Below are positions 50,901 to 64,000 of a stretch of DNA of 64,000 nucleotides, piece after piece. Each line of letters opens with the position of its first letter. Within the stretch, counting starts at the first letter, position 1. The position numbers were made by a program, and so were the translations under genes. Below the pieces are notes generated by a model, which saw only the letters and a list, made by a program, of their open reading frames with translations, was not told where the DNA came from and did not search any database. Origin of the DNA: Antedon mediterranea (lineage: Eukaryota; Animalia; Echinodermata); assembly GCF_964355755.1 (NCBI RefSeq), contig NC_092676.1, positions 22,648,871 to 22,712,870 on the forward strand, given 5' to 3'.

Positions 50901-53900
50901 TTTATAAATGGTGGGTTCGAATTGGCTTTCACTCATTCTCACTGATTTCAAAATCTTAAACATTATTATGTATTGTCCAGTATATCACTGGAAGGTGTTG
51001 AGTGTCTACTCTATGCCTGCAAGTATCACTTTGGAGATCCCGCTTCGTCAATAAAATACTGAAAGATGAGGGCGTATCAATTTGATCTTTGGTGCACAAG
51101 AATGTTAAAGATTCGCTATCCAATCAAGTTTGAACAATACCATAAAGCGCAGTGGTCTAATGGTTCCGGGTTCAAATATTGGTTGGGGGTGACTTTTCCT
51201 CATTCTCACAGATTTCCTCATCTTTATTGTTTCAAATTAATTAATTAAATTTCCGTATATCACTGGGCAGTTTAGAATTTATTCTGTGCCTGATGTGTGT
51301 ATATATTTTAAACATATAAAATGACAAAAAAAATGATAAACTATATTCAGGAAAAAAATGTTATGAAACAAATCTCAATATAAAATATATGTATTGTATA
51401 CTATATTTAAACAGGCCTCATATTATTATTACTCAGATTAACTTATTTTTACCAATCTAAATGTTAATCACATGACAGCACACGGTGTAATTATAGTTAC
51501 GATATTATGAATCCAAAATAATACTTTGTGATGAGCCAATACTATTCTCAACGGGGATACAGTAGTTGAACAGGATATGTCTAGCACTATATTGACCTTT
51601 TCAGAAATATATAGTATGTTCAACTACAACAGTATATATATTGCCTACTGTAGCATTTAGTACATTACACATTAATATTTCATATCAAAGTATATCGTTG
51701 TCATGTGATTGGTTGATTTTTTGTTAATGGAATATTAATTATATTCAATGGTTCTATTCAACAGCTGTAAAGCAAGCTTTAAAATGGAGCTTTTGATTTG
51801 CTACCAATGGGTGATGACTGACTTAGGTCAGGTTAATCCATGTGTCGTCGGTCATCCACTGAACCTAGAAACGATTGTGTCGGGGTACATGCGCGCAATA
51901 GGTCATCGCAAATTGAAAGCTCCGTACAATAATGTGATTTGCCATATTCCTGTTCTACTCCATGGAAAAAACCAAGTAGAGCTTTCTTTTATCTTCGTTT
52001 TTAACTGATAAATATTTAATAAATGCTCTCCCCTTCTATTAATTGACCAGTATTTCAGGAAAAACATAGTTCGGTTAAACCTGAACTACCTAAATACTAA
52101 TAGGCCTGTTTAGTAAAAACATAAACAAAATTCAAATACTCAAATTTCATTATTAGAAAATAAAAATAAAATGACTTTGTGGCGCCAGAGGCTATGTCTA
52201 ACCTCATTTAGATACCATGTGAAAAAATAAAATTAGTGATGATAAAAATGAATTACAAACATGGTTAAGGTTTATGGCCACTTAAAAAATATTGGAGGAT
52301 CCCTATGCCTGCCTGCCTCTCCCTGGCCCCTCAAACGTAAATTTCAGTTGTTTGAAAAACAGAATGCAAAATTAGAACACTTTTTGGGCCCTGGTAGCAT
52401 GATCCCTGTTCAACACCTATTTCAAAATCCTGGATCTGCCACTGCCCCCCCCCCACTGCCCACTACAGCGCAGAAGTAGTGGGTGTGTGTTTAGATGTTT
52501 ATATTTTGTTGTACTGTACTATTTGTGTTCAGAATTTAATAGCTCATACCATGAAAATGTGAATTATTAACTTTACAGTATAAAACAAATTTAACATTAA
52601 TACAATGAAAAAAGCTGGAGAAACTTATATCCCTCCTCTTGGCTTTCTCTGAACATATTTTATACTACAGTGACTGTGTGGGTTGGGCTATTATGCATCC
52701 ATGGATGTGTTTTATAAATTGCTATGTTCTTAATGAAATGTTACATAAAACATTTTGTTAAATTCTATAACATTTAATTGACAAAGAAATTATACTGTTT
52801 TTTTTATCAAATCTTCAATTTAATGTTCATTTTTATTTTTTCAAAAACGGTAAGAGTTGTATAAATTTCACTGTTTCAACCAGTAGAATTATTATAATAT
52901 GTAAAAAATCCTTTTAAGGCTAATAAAAACCTTAGAGCACAAAATAGGATTAAGGGACCATGTACAAAAGTCAATACAGTACTAGTAACTTGTTGATGTT
53001 CTGAAAAACTATCATTTTGTATGGGATATCATCACAGATACCTACTTTACGTGTTGGTTGTTGTGTAACCTTGATGATTTTGATTCTATTCAAATAAAAG
53101 ATCAACTTTTTAGTTAAAATTACACTTTATTTGTTTTTAAACAAATAAAATAGTTAAAACATTTTAAAAATATATTTCATACAAATTTAATGATTTTACA
53201 CCTTAAAACATTTGTAGCATGGGTTTATTTTTTTAAGTTAAGCTAGCTTTGACGACATAATCTTTCCATAGTTCAAATGTTTCTTGGAATTTGGAAGGAT
53301 ACTGGGTTTTGGGAAAAGCGTCCAAACAGTTAAGGTTGAAAAAAGTCAAAAAAGAGAGGAACTGAAGGCTTGTCGGGTTGTCCCCACTCTCTAAAAATCT
53401 GCCTGGACTAAAAACTAAAACAAAAAGATTTTGAAATTTTGATAAAATTTGGTTTAACTCAAACCTAGGTTCACGCCAATTTGGCGAAAAATAATGACAC
53501 AAGATTGGTGAATGCATTTCAAACATTAACATTGTGTTTGAAAACAAAATTGCATTTAGAAAATCTGATATTTGAGAGGTTGTATTCTTAATTTAAAAAA
53601 AACTTGAGTTCACGCACAACCCATATTATGGTGCTTACTACTACTACTGTACTGGGATAAAATTGTTATCTATGTACTCTTTTTTCCAGTATAGAAATGT
53701 AACGTAATGATAATTCTTCACAATGCCACGCCCTTAAAGCACATGACAAGTTCAATAGTTCATTTGAAAAATGTTCTTAATGATAAAACAACAGGAAATA
53801 CAAGCTTGTGTATTTATGATGTTATGATGTTTGCAATTGATGCTCATATAGATAATTTTAGACATACCTTGTCATTCATTAGATTTAGTTTTGTTACTAA

Positions 53901-56900
53901 ATAAATGACTACATCAACCATTAAAAAAAGTATTATATCTACAGTATATCAGTATCAGTAGTATAAAAATCATGTTGAAAATGACAACAATGTAGTTATT
54001 GACATAATTATAAGCCCATTAATAGAAAATAGAGAGTGGTGAACAAAAATAGTGGTCAGTTATCAATTAAGAAAGAAATAATATCTAAATTTAGGTGGAT
54101 TTTATTCTAACTTTGCTGATATTGTTTATAAATAACTTTTTAAAATCCTTTGGGTGTGGCAAGTTGAAGGTAATTATGCTATAATTGAGTTTTATACTAG
54201 CGATAGCTCTACAAATCAAAATTACAAAGTTCCTCTGTTATAATTAAAATAGAAAAATCATCAAGGATTATTGATAAAATGACATTATTCAATTTGCATG
54301 AAGTCTTTGAAATATTAAACATTATGAAGTGCTGGCAATATTAATTACATATGATGTTATACTTGCTTTCTTTTACTTTAAAAATTATGAGCTCCTGGCA
54401 ATATCAAGTATTGAGAAATCAATCATATGCCAATTATATAATAAACTACATTAAATATATGGAATACCATACATGTAAAGTATGATTCTTTAACATCTGT
54501 TTGGTGTCACAAACTCATAATTTTTAATAATTTACATGATGGTGGTTTACTAATTGTGCAGTACTGAAGGCTCTATGGAAGTTGATTATGAAGCTGCCTA
54601 TCAAAAAAAAGGAAGGGTACTAAGGTTGCAAGACTATAACAGTTAATAAGTGGAACTTCATAATGGGTGCTCACTGCTATATAACCTGGGAGCAAGGCTT
54701 TAAATTAATATTAAAAATAGACCCAAAATAAATCAGACCTCTTAACTTGCTATAATTTATTCAGTAGACTTGAGGAAAAATTGCAGTAGGAAATACAAAA
54801 TGTCAGTAGTTTTTACGTATCATGTCAAACAGTCATTCTCATGTTTCTGTTATTTTTGTACTCGACAACTGTGTTTCATGTCATGAAAATGATAGATTTT
54901 ATGACTGGCCACACCCTCATTGTCTGTGAAGTTATCATCTTGTTTGTGTTCAATTGACTCTTGTTATGGTTGAGGAAAAGTTGAGGGCTTTTTGTGGTCT
55001 GGGGTCTTATGATTTGACCATAATTATCATATAACATTCATATATTACTGGAACAGAATCATATTTTTGCATAGTTTTTTAAAATTTATTTGTAGTATCT
55101 ATTTCCGTATATCCATAATTTGGCCGAATTTACATAACTGTAGTAATTACAGTACATATGTTAAATTAAATGAAATATCTGACCAGTGGCTATTTACAAA
55201 TCACAGTGAGACATTTCCCTTAAGTACTTTAGTATTGTACTGTATTTTATTTAAGTAAGTCATTTTTGTTTTCATCGCTAATCGCAATGAGTATAGTTAT
55301 TTGACACTATGAAGTTCCTGTATTACTATTAGGCATTACAACATTTAAATCTCTTTCATAGTATGTTTTAAAACAAACATTTAAAACTGCACTATGCATA
55401 TAAATGAACAAATTATATCAATATGCTCTAAAAATATCCAGGTCTAATTAACTATTGACTGGGGTTTACATACAGCATTTCAAATCAGAACCATAGGGCA
55501 TGATAACACTAATGGTATTTTCTCAATATTACTGACATGCTTTTTCACACCTAGTTGCATAATGGTATTATCCGGATGTGTATTGTTCTGTATATAGCAC
55601 ATAAATGGAGCCATAAAGAGAATGATGTATAATGTACATTTAAAGCACATTAACAATATTTTCATATTTTTTGGATACATAATGTTTTTATAAATATCAT
55701 TGTGTGTTTACGTTTCTAACATTTTAATATTTGTTGAGTTCAATCTTTCTCCAATCAAAAATCTTCAATGAAAAATAAATTTAATCTTTGTCAATTTTCT
55801 TTTCAAATTGAACTATGAACTCTGTGTGAAGAAAGTTTCCCAATGCCAGCTTTCATTAGACTGTTTCCGGACCCAGTCAAATCTTTGTATAATAGTCACA
55901 ATAACATTAACATTAAGGAGGTTTTTATACTGGTTGGAGTAAATTTATCCCAAATCTTGCTGGCAAAACCTGTTCGTTTTTACCACTTCAAGAAGATCTT
56001 TTCCAAGAAAGACAAATTTAGTCTATTCACACATCATTAATAACAGTACTCCCTATTGGCATCTTTAACATTGCTTTTTTGTGTAAACAAGCTTCCCATG
56101 TTTATGATATCACATGCTATATATTCTCTTTAGGTCACATTTCAGTAACAAACAAAATAATGTTTTCTTCATGAAATGTTGGAATAAAAGTAATCTATTT
56201 ACAATTTATTTCAGATTCTAACCTGTTAACTTCTGGGCAAGTTGAAACTTTGAAAAAAAAATGTTTTGCTTATGCTAATTATATAGGGCCATAGAGGGAG
56301 TAAATAACACTTTGTTCCCTCCATTCAAAAGATATAGCTACACATATTAGTAATTCGCTAATACTACAAGTAAACATAAATCATATTTTAAAAGAACTTA
56401 AAGTAAAAAACACTACATCTTTCCAATTTTTGTTGTCAATGACTATTCTTTTAAAACACATCCATACATCATATCACTTTGTGAATTGGCATGTTAGACT
56501 TTTTCAGTACCAGGCGTGGTTGTTTTGTAGCCTATCCTACATTTTGCACATTGTTGGGTGTCTGCAAAATAGGGCTTCACAGAATTTTTAGAACATATAT
56601 TGCTCCTTGTTTATGTACAGTATGTGTCCTAAAGGAGATTATTATTACTCTATACTCACTATTAAGTTTAGTTTTATAATTACCGTATTTCAAATTTAAT
56701 ACTTACCCCAGGGAAAGAATGAAAATAAAAATGTGCCCAATCTAATCGAAACATGAAGACGGGAATGATCTTTGAAGTGGTGCAATAACAATGAAAAAAC
56801 ACCTCATATATCACAAATTTAATAGCGGAATAGTTAATTTAATCTATTTGACATTTCAAACCTTTCCGAACAATATGAAATAATGTTCAAATAGCAATAT

Positions 56901-59900
56901 TTTGAAATTGGAGAAAACACTTGAGTATGTATAGAACTGCGTAGGTATTTGAATTAAGTAAACATTTGTTTATTATTCAAGAAAAAGTAATCTTATTCTA
57001 TCAACACGATATTTCATTGTACGCATGCTCAGTTGGGATGCACGTACGCCAACATCATCAACACAGACTAAATTATGTCTAGTAATATTTCACATTAATA
57101 TAAATTATACATATATTGTGTGTACTGTAGTTTTGAGTTACTGATGTCGCTATCACTATAGTTTAATAACAAATTATGTCTAGTACTATTATTTATGATA
57201 CATATGTATACATCTGTACTCAATTTATTCAAGTCAGTGTATGGTAATTAAAAAAAACCCAAAAGGTAGAAAAAAATGATTCCATAATGTATGGTTAAAA
57301 AAAAATAAAAAAACTTCCACTGAAGAAGGACTAGTAATGCCAGAAAGCTCTGCAATTTATTTCTGGCTGTTTTACTTTATTGTTTTGATTTAGAATATGC
57401 TCATTTTTAAATGAGCATATTGTATCCCCATTGAGATTCAGCCTCTGATAATATTATCATTGTCTTTTTCAGTAGTTTGATTTTGGATTTGTAAAAAAAA
57501 ATATTATATTATGTATAGTATATTTTGTTAATGAAGTCATTAGATCCTATAGTTTTATAACAAATTATGTTTATTACCATTATCAATAAAAATGGTAAAT
57601 ATGTATAATTTTTGGTTAAAAAAAACCCAAAATGTAGAAAAAGTAACGGATATATTTTTCGAAAGATATGATATTTTCAGTTAAGAAAGTAATATAATTC
57701 CTAAGGTTTTAATATCCTGTTCAATTAATCTCAGAAATGTTTTTTAAAACCAAATTATATCTTCAATGAATTGGCCTTAAGACTCAAACTGCTTTTCTAT
57801 AGTCAGACCCCTGGAGAATTAGCTTACCTAGAAAATACAAATTAGCCAATTCTCCTGGTAATGTAAATATTTTATTGACAACTTTTGACAGTTCTGGAAT
57901 GTCATGAATATAGTTAGGGTATGTATGTAGACTTCATTTGAAAAAAAATGAAAAATTTTGTATTTTGCTAATCAGCTGCCCATCCTAGTACTTTTCATTT
58001 TAAAGATGATATTACGCTGGTCCAATAAATGACGAGTGGAAGGCCTATTCTATCCACTTTCCTCAATCGCCCCTGTTTGTAAAATTACCATCCCCTTCGC
58101 GTCTACCAACCACCCCAAAAAAGAACTAATGTAATACATTTCATTTGACATAGCAGATGACTACTGTAATTTGTTGCTAGGGTCCATCGTTCGATCCCAC
58201 CAGTCTGTACCCCAAACTTATTCATATTGCTACATGATCTTGTGTCAGTGTAACAAGATTTATGTTTGTTGATGTAATATAAATGTTAGTTTAACATAGC
58301 TTTTAATGTGATAGCAATCACATCTTCAAACGTGTGTAACATATGCTTCAAATCAATTGAATACATTTAAACAGGGAAGGCTAATGTTTGGATAACACTT
58401 GAAAGGCACAAATAGAGAAAGAATATATGTCTGGTTGGAATCGAACCTCTCCTCTCGCTAAATACATTTCATTCATTAAATTGACAACATATTATAAATT
58501 TTCATACAGTAATTTTAATATCAATCAATCAGACTTATATAAACGCCGGTATCCATAAAGTAATGTTTAGAGGCGCTTGACAAAGTTAAACAGGAAATTC
58601 TTCTGTGTATATGTGATATTGACGTTTTCTGATGAAGTAATTTAATGCATTAAAACTGAGATTACATTTTTTAACAATAGGTACTAATGAAATAAATCCA
58701 TGGAAATAAAACTCCATAAAACGCATAAGAAAACAAGAGAATTCAGAGGTGAGTATTACACTGTTTACTATCATAGTCCACAGGGCCATATAATACATTT
58801 ACTATTAGGAATCTTATTATATTAACGAATATCTGTCATATCCATTTATTCATAATACTTTATTAAAAACAGAAGCAGCATTTGTATCCCTGACCAATGG
58901 TGGGCAGTATAGTCATGATGGGCTAGTAATGTTACTTTGGTCAGTATTTGTTCACAGAAAGTGCCTAATATACAGTAGTATAAAGAATTAAAAAATATAT
59001 TAGCCATTAAAATTGAACATAATATACTGATCCATCAAGCCAATGGATCAATTTTTTTTAATGGCCGGATGGGACAGTTAAAAAACCTTAATAATGACCT
59101 CTGAGAAGTTGAATGACAAACAAAAAATGAAAATAAATATGTAGGCCTACAACCACAAACCCTCAAAATGACATGATCTCATTTCCGTATCCACTGAGAC
59201 AAAAATAATAATCCAAAATTATAATTCATACAAAAGTCATAATGACAAATGCATATTTGCATAAAAACATATATTAATATTTTATTAGTAATGATTTTTT
59301 TACACCATTGGGAATATCTGATTCTTTGTTGCTCACTCACAGCAAGGTACTGTACAATTGAGGTGAAGAAATATTTAAAAAAAATTTAAATCATGGACAC
59401 TGTATAGTCTACTATTAACAAGATCCCCATCTTGCCCATGGCAGTTTTGAGTCAAAGGGACAATTTAATGGGAAGACCACAAGTCTCCCTCAAGCCTCCC
59501 CCTGATCCACCTCTGAAAGTCTTTGGATAAAAAGAGGATTTGGAAGTCAGGGGCAGGTAATTTCTTAAATGGGTAAGCGCTGAAAATGTATGCTACGTAT
59601 AATAGTAAAAAGTAGTTCAAATGTAGTTAATTATTTCATTTTAGGTGTTAAAAGGGGAAGCGCATTCCTCTAAGGTGCTACCCGCTGGATTCGTCCTTGT
59701 GGGGTACATGTCTAGTGGGTCACAATTTGGCATTTTAGGTTCAGAATACAATACCCTAAATTGGAAATGCCATTTAAGGGCATCGGATAAACTAAGAAGA
59801 AGGGGAAGGTGTACACCCACATAGATAATAAAATCGTCAATTACCATGACCTTGGGAGTGTAGGCAATCAAAACACTAAGCTAGTGTCAGCTCAATTTGC

Positions 59901-60527
59901 TTTTTTTATAAGAAAACTGCTATCAGACCATTTTTTCCCAATAGATTGAGAGTGTCATGATACCTAATGTTTATACGTAGAGGTATAAACCTCCATGGTT
60001 TATAGAAAGTCTGTAATTTGAAAGACACACCTTTGAAACGGTGTTTTGGTAAATTTTCATTTCCATATACTTTAATTGTATGCGCAAACATGTCTCATCA
60101 ACCTAAGGTCAACAGGTCAAAAGAACTGTACTGTACATGGTAGGTAGCTAGTTTGACCGATAGACCCAGCCTTAATATACCTAATAAATGCATCACGAAA
60201 AGTGACTTTCTGTGAAATAGACAAAGAGAATGAAAATATTGCCAGATTTTAATTATTTATTACCAACCTTTATTTCTTGAATAATGAAGATTTAGTTAGT
60301 GTCGGGGGGGCCAAATTATTCATGCAGATGACTGATAAGAACCATGATATCATACAGTTAAAAAATGAACAATTACATAGATCTTTTATGAAGGATTGTT
60401 TTGCTTTGAGATATTGAACCAGACTGTAGTCCTGCCCACACTACGATAATATCCCAATGCTTCTTAACATTTACAGATAATAAAAGCACACACAAAGTAT
60501 GTGGGAAGATTTCAGTTTCTATCTATC

Positions 60528-62298
60528 CAGGCCCGTATCCAGGGGGGGTGCGTTGGGTGCAGACGCACCCCCCCAAGTCCCAAAAGGTCCACTATTTCCT
60601 CGGTTGGTATTTTTTCTTGTCTTGTTTAACTAAAGACAATATCATTATATATATACAAAATTTACATTATCAATGGTATACAAACAAAAATATGCTAATA
60701 TAAAATGAAAAAATACCGGTAATTAAATTACGGAATCTGAACTGACTACAAACTCGATGTAAAACATGCGCAGTCGATCATGTGACGACAAGCAATAGCT
60801 TAGCGCTTCATGTACGCGGTACGCGGTAAAGTGTTTGCTGGAGAAATACAGACAACTTAACGTCAGGGAACACGTGTACTTTTTGTCGGGGAATATAATA
60901 TACAGTAAAAAGCGTTCGCGTTCACTTCGTAGCTAGCTTCAGCGCCTAGAAAACCGCGACGTTTCATTCACCGTGAGAGTACGTCAGAGTGATATTATGC
61001 ACTTTATATGCATTCATTATTGCCAGCGATCTAACTTACTACTAAACAATAGCTAGGTACGCACTTGTCTGGCGGTATCCCTTTGTACGAATCGTTCAAC
61101 GTTGGGTCGAGACGCGTGATATCAAGTTTCATCCAGGGACCAAAATGTGTAATGTGTTATTTTCCAGGCGAAGTTTACCGACGGTTACGTCGTGTACTGC
61201 GTCGACGTACGCTACACTACAGCAAAAACGAATTATGTTAATTGTTCGTTTGTTCACCAATTTTTTAATTTACAAGTAACCTTCTGTACCGTGGGGCACC
61301 TAAAATAAATTTTTCATCCATTACTAAACAAAAAAACATGCCATTTTCGCTTAGCCAACATTATAGCTATAGTTATTACATTTTCAATATCCTGTATGTC
61401 ATGAATTTCTCACCACTCGGAAGTCCAGATGGTACGCATGCATACACCTGGGAGGAATAAACTTTTTCCCCGACTGAAAAAGGTCTACGCTTGCGTTTTT
61501 TAAGCCTCTAGGCCTGATGTTTCCAAAGTATAAAATGCAATTTTTTGAAGACCTGCAGCTCTAGTTTTAAACATTTTCTTAGCTCAGCCCCAACAATAAA
61601 GCTGGTCATATTTCGAAGAACAAGAAGTACATTTTCCGGGACCTAACATCTCTATTTTTCAAACATTTCTTAGCTCAGTCACAACCCATGATAGGGACTT
61701 ATATATTTTTTTTCATGTTTTGAAGTATAAATAAGTCCAATTTCCAGGACCTCCAACTCTATTTTTCAAAATTTTCTTTGAACTTTTATTTTTTAACTTG
61801 AAAAATATGGATTGAAACCGTCATCGCGCATCGTTTTTTTGCACGCAGTATTTTATTTATGCATTATAAAAAATGGAAAAAATGGCTACCCTAAATCTGA
61901 TTAAAAAAAACCTCAAATGACGCTAGTACGCGTTGCTTCCGGGGGCTTCGCCCCCTGGACCCCACCGGGGGTCCTTGGCGGCCCCTGGCCCTCAGCCTAG
62001 TGATGCTCGCATAGCCCCCTCGTCGGGGAATGTAGCCCCCGCGTCGGGAAGATCCTGGCGCCACCCCTGCTGAGTTGGCCTCATCATGAAAGCGTTAAGT
62101 TCTGGTGTCCATCGTTCAACTAGCCCAAGCCACAACAGAGAGTCTTACATCAGTCTTTAGAACGTCAAATAACGCAAATTTTTCCAGGGCCTTCGGCCCC
62201 TGGACCCTGACCGGGGGCCCTTGGCGGCCCCCTGGCCCCCAGCCATTGTTGCTCGCTTCGCTCGCACCCCCCCATTATAAATGCTGCATACGGGCCTG
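60528..62298. mobile_element. 1.77-kb non-autonomous DNA transposon with hAT-like CAGG termini
   Basis: TIR CAGGCCCGTATCCAG vs CAGGCCCGTATGCAG; flanking direct repeat CTATCTATC; CpG-rich interior; GC-rich subterminal GCCCCCTGG(A)CCC repeats; no long ORF. Confidence 0.85.
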
Positions 62299-64000
62299 CT
62301 ATCTATCTACTTATTATACAGTAATTTATGCAATTGGATGGATGAAATTATCCAGTGTCATGTCTAATTATTATGCAAATATTCAATTAATAATAATAAT
62401 AGGGATGGTTAAACGAGGATTATTAATAGAAATTTAAAGGTTAGCAATATCAAAACCACAGATGAGACTTATTATGGCTTGAGTTCTAAGAATGTATAAC
62501 AGTTTATAGAACATATTACACTTTCATAAAACCATTACCTTTTCCCCTCATTGTTTGGGTTTCTATGAGAGGGAAAGATGCGTTACAATCAGATTCTTCT
62601 CATGCACGCACATTTTCAGTCACAATTCTGGATACGATAAATAATTACAAGACGGCGAACTACAAGGTGACAGCTGATGATTAGTACATAAAATAATTCA
62701 TCGACCACCTCATGTTTTAATCAATTTAGTCAATATTCAAGTTTACCAATTTTTAGATATAGTTATTTACTATTATTCAAAATGCAAGGTGTGTCTGGCT
62801 GATCTCCCAGCCATATTGGGTATAAACCATGGTATTAGTGTACAGATTTAGGAGTTTCTGAATCCAGTACCTGAATTATTATGTAACATTATCCATTTTT
62901 CTGAGGTCATAAGTTGACAATTAAAACATTGCCTTATATAAAAGTTATGTATACTGGTATTTAACAAAAAAATACTGGTAGTTGAATAATGTAGAATAAC
63001 AGCATTTTATTATCCTTTTTTTATATTTCTATATTTTCATTCATTTTTCATCTAAAGCGAAAAGCTAAATCAAGTTAAACAGCCAGAATGAGAAAGGAAA
63101 TTATGCTATCTTTCGGATAGCATTAATTATTTTATATTATAAAAACAATGAAAAATTAAAAATATATAAACTGGTTTTAAGTACAATATTTTTATTTATC
63201 ATAATGGTATAAAAATATCATTAACTGTTTTTTTCATTATGTTCTCATTTGTTTATCAGTAAAGTATTTATTACAATGAATATGAAAACATGTTAAACTG
63301 CTTTGTATCTGTTTCATTTGTTTACAGTACAGTATAGTATATCTTTGCTTGCCATAGAAAGCCTACATATAATTACTACTGGGGTGTGGTTAATTATATG
63401 CCTCTCAATCCGCGACTCTCGTTCCAGCTGGATTTCAAATGCACAACGCATGATGAAATGACGAAGAACAGCGTGTCTGACTCAATCAATGCATTGTAGC
63501 TTAAATCAATAAAATAAATATAAATTTAACAAGGCAGATAATTGTATATTGTTGACTAATGTCTAATGCAGTGGTAATTTCAAGCCGAGAGATGAGCATT
63601 ATTTCTAAGATATTAAATTAATAGTTGAATATTGTCAAGATGATATGCATAGAATATTTTATGCATAATTATATTCTTTGTATCTAAAGAGGGCGCTATA
63701 TATCTTTACCTCGCTATGATACTTATTATTATCACATATTTCCAGCTACTGTACTGTACTATTATTTAATACAGTAACTGTATTGTAGTAATCTTTTTTT
63801 TTTCGTTATGGTCTTGAGTGAAAACCTTAAGTTAACAAACATCAAAAACAAAGTAGCCTAAACTCAGACAAATAAATATTATAAATCAAAAATTATATTT
63901 CAATCAACATTTGACAAATTTAATTATTAATATCACTCAAATTAATATTTGTTATTTTAGGATTTATCTAACAGTTAAGTCAGATGTATTCTTTTTATGT

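Noticed and set aside
51140-51200. tRNA-like A/B boxes (GCGCAGTGGTCTAA...GGTTCAAAT)
   Set aside because: No cloverleaf can be built; at most a decayed SINE head.
62105-62437. 110-aa Pro/Gly-rich ORF
   Set aside because: It runs through the GC-rich subterminal repeats of a non-autonomous transposon.

Overview
AT-rich eukaryotic (metazoan) genomic DNA with spliceosomal GT-AG introns. The repeat and motif content looks like a marine invertebrate, possibly an echinoderm, but that is inference only. Four protein-coding genes could be reconstructed by hand. (1) and (2) are a tandem pair of + strand four-transmembrane MS4A/CD20-like genes: gene A, 388 aa, join 1487-1690,2007-2066,2414-2668,2895-2976,3234-3799; gene B, 171 aa, join 6472-6648,6777-6836,7280-7537,7855-7875. 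(3) Gene C is a minus-strand six-exon START-domain lipid-transfer gene (StARD10/PCTP-like, 396 aa) with a 16-kb first intron and long acidic low-complexity tails. (4) Gene D has a single coding exon on the minus strand (414 aa) with an MGC acylation-type N-terminus and a SARG/PROSER2-like motif; it may lie antisense inside a long intron of an unseen + strand gene. The rest is non-coding, with several intact non-autonomous DNA transposons (PIF/Harbinger-type and hAT-type, with TIRs and TSDs), minisatellites, palindromes, a repeat-spacer-like array at 47-48 kb and strong enrichment of TAGGCCTA. No prokaryotic features, CRISPR array, rRNA or intact tRNA were seen. I found no convincing wholly new biological system; the best leads are listed under findings.
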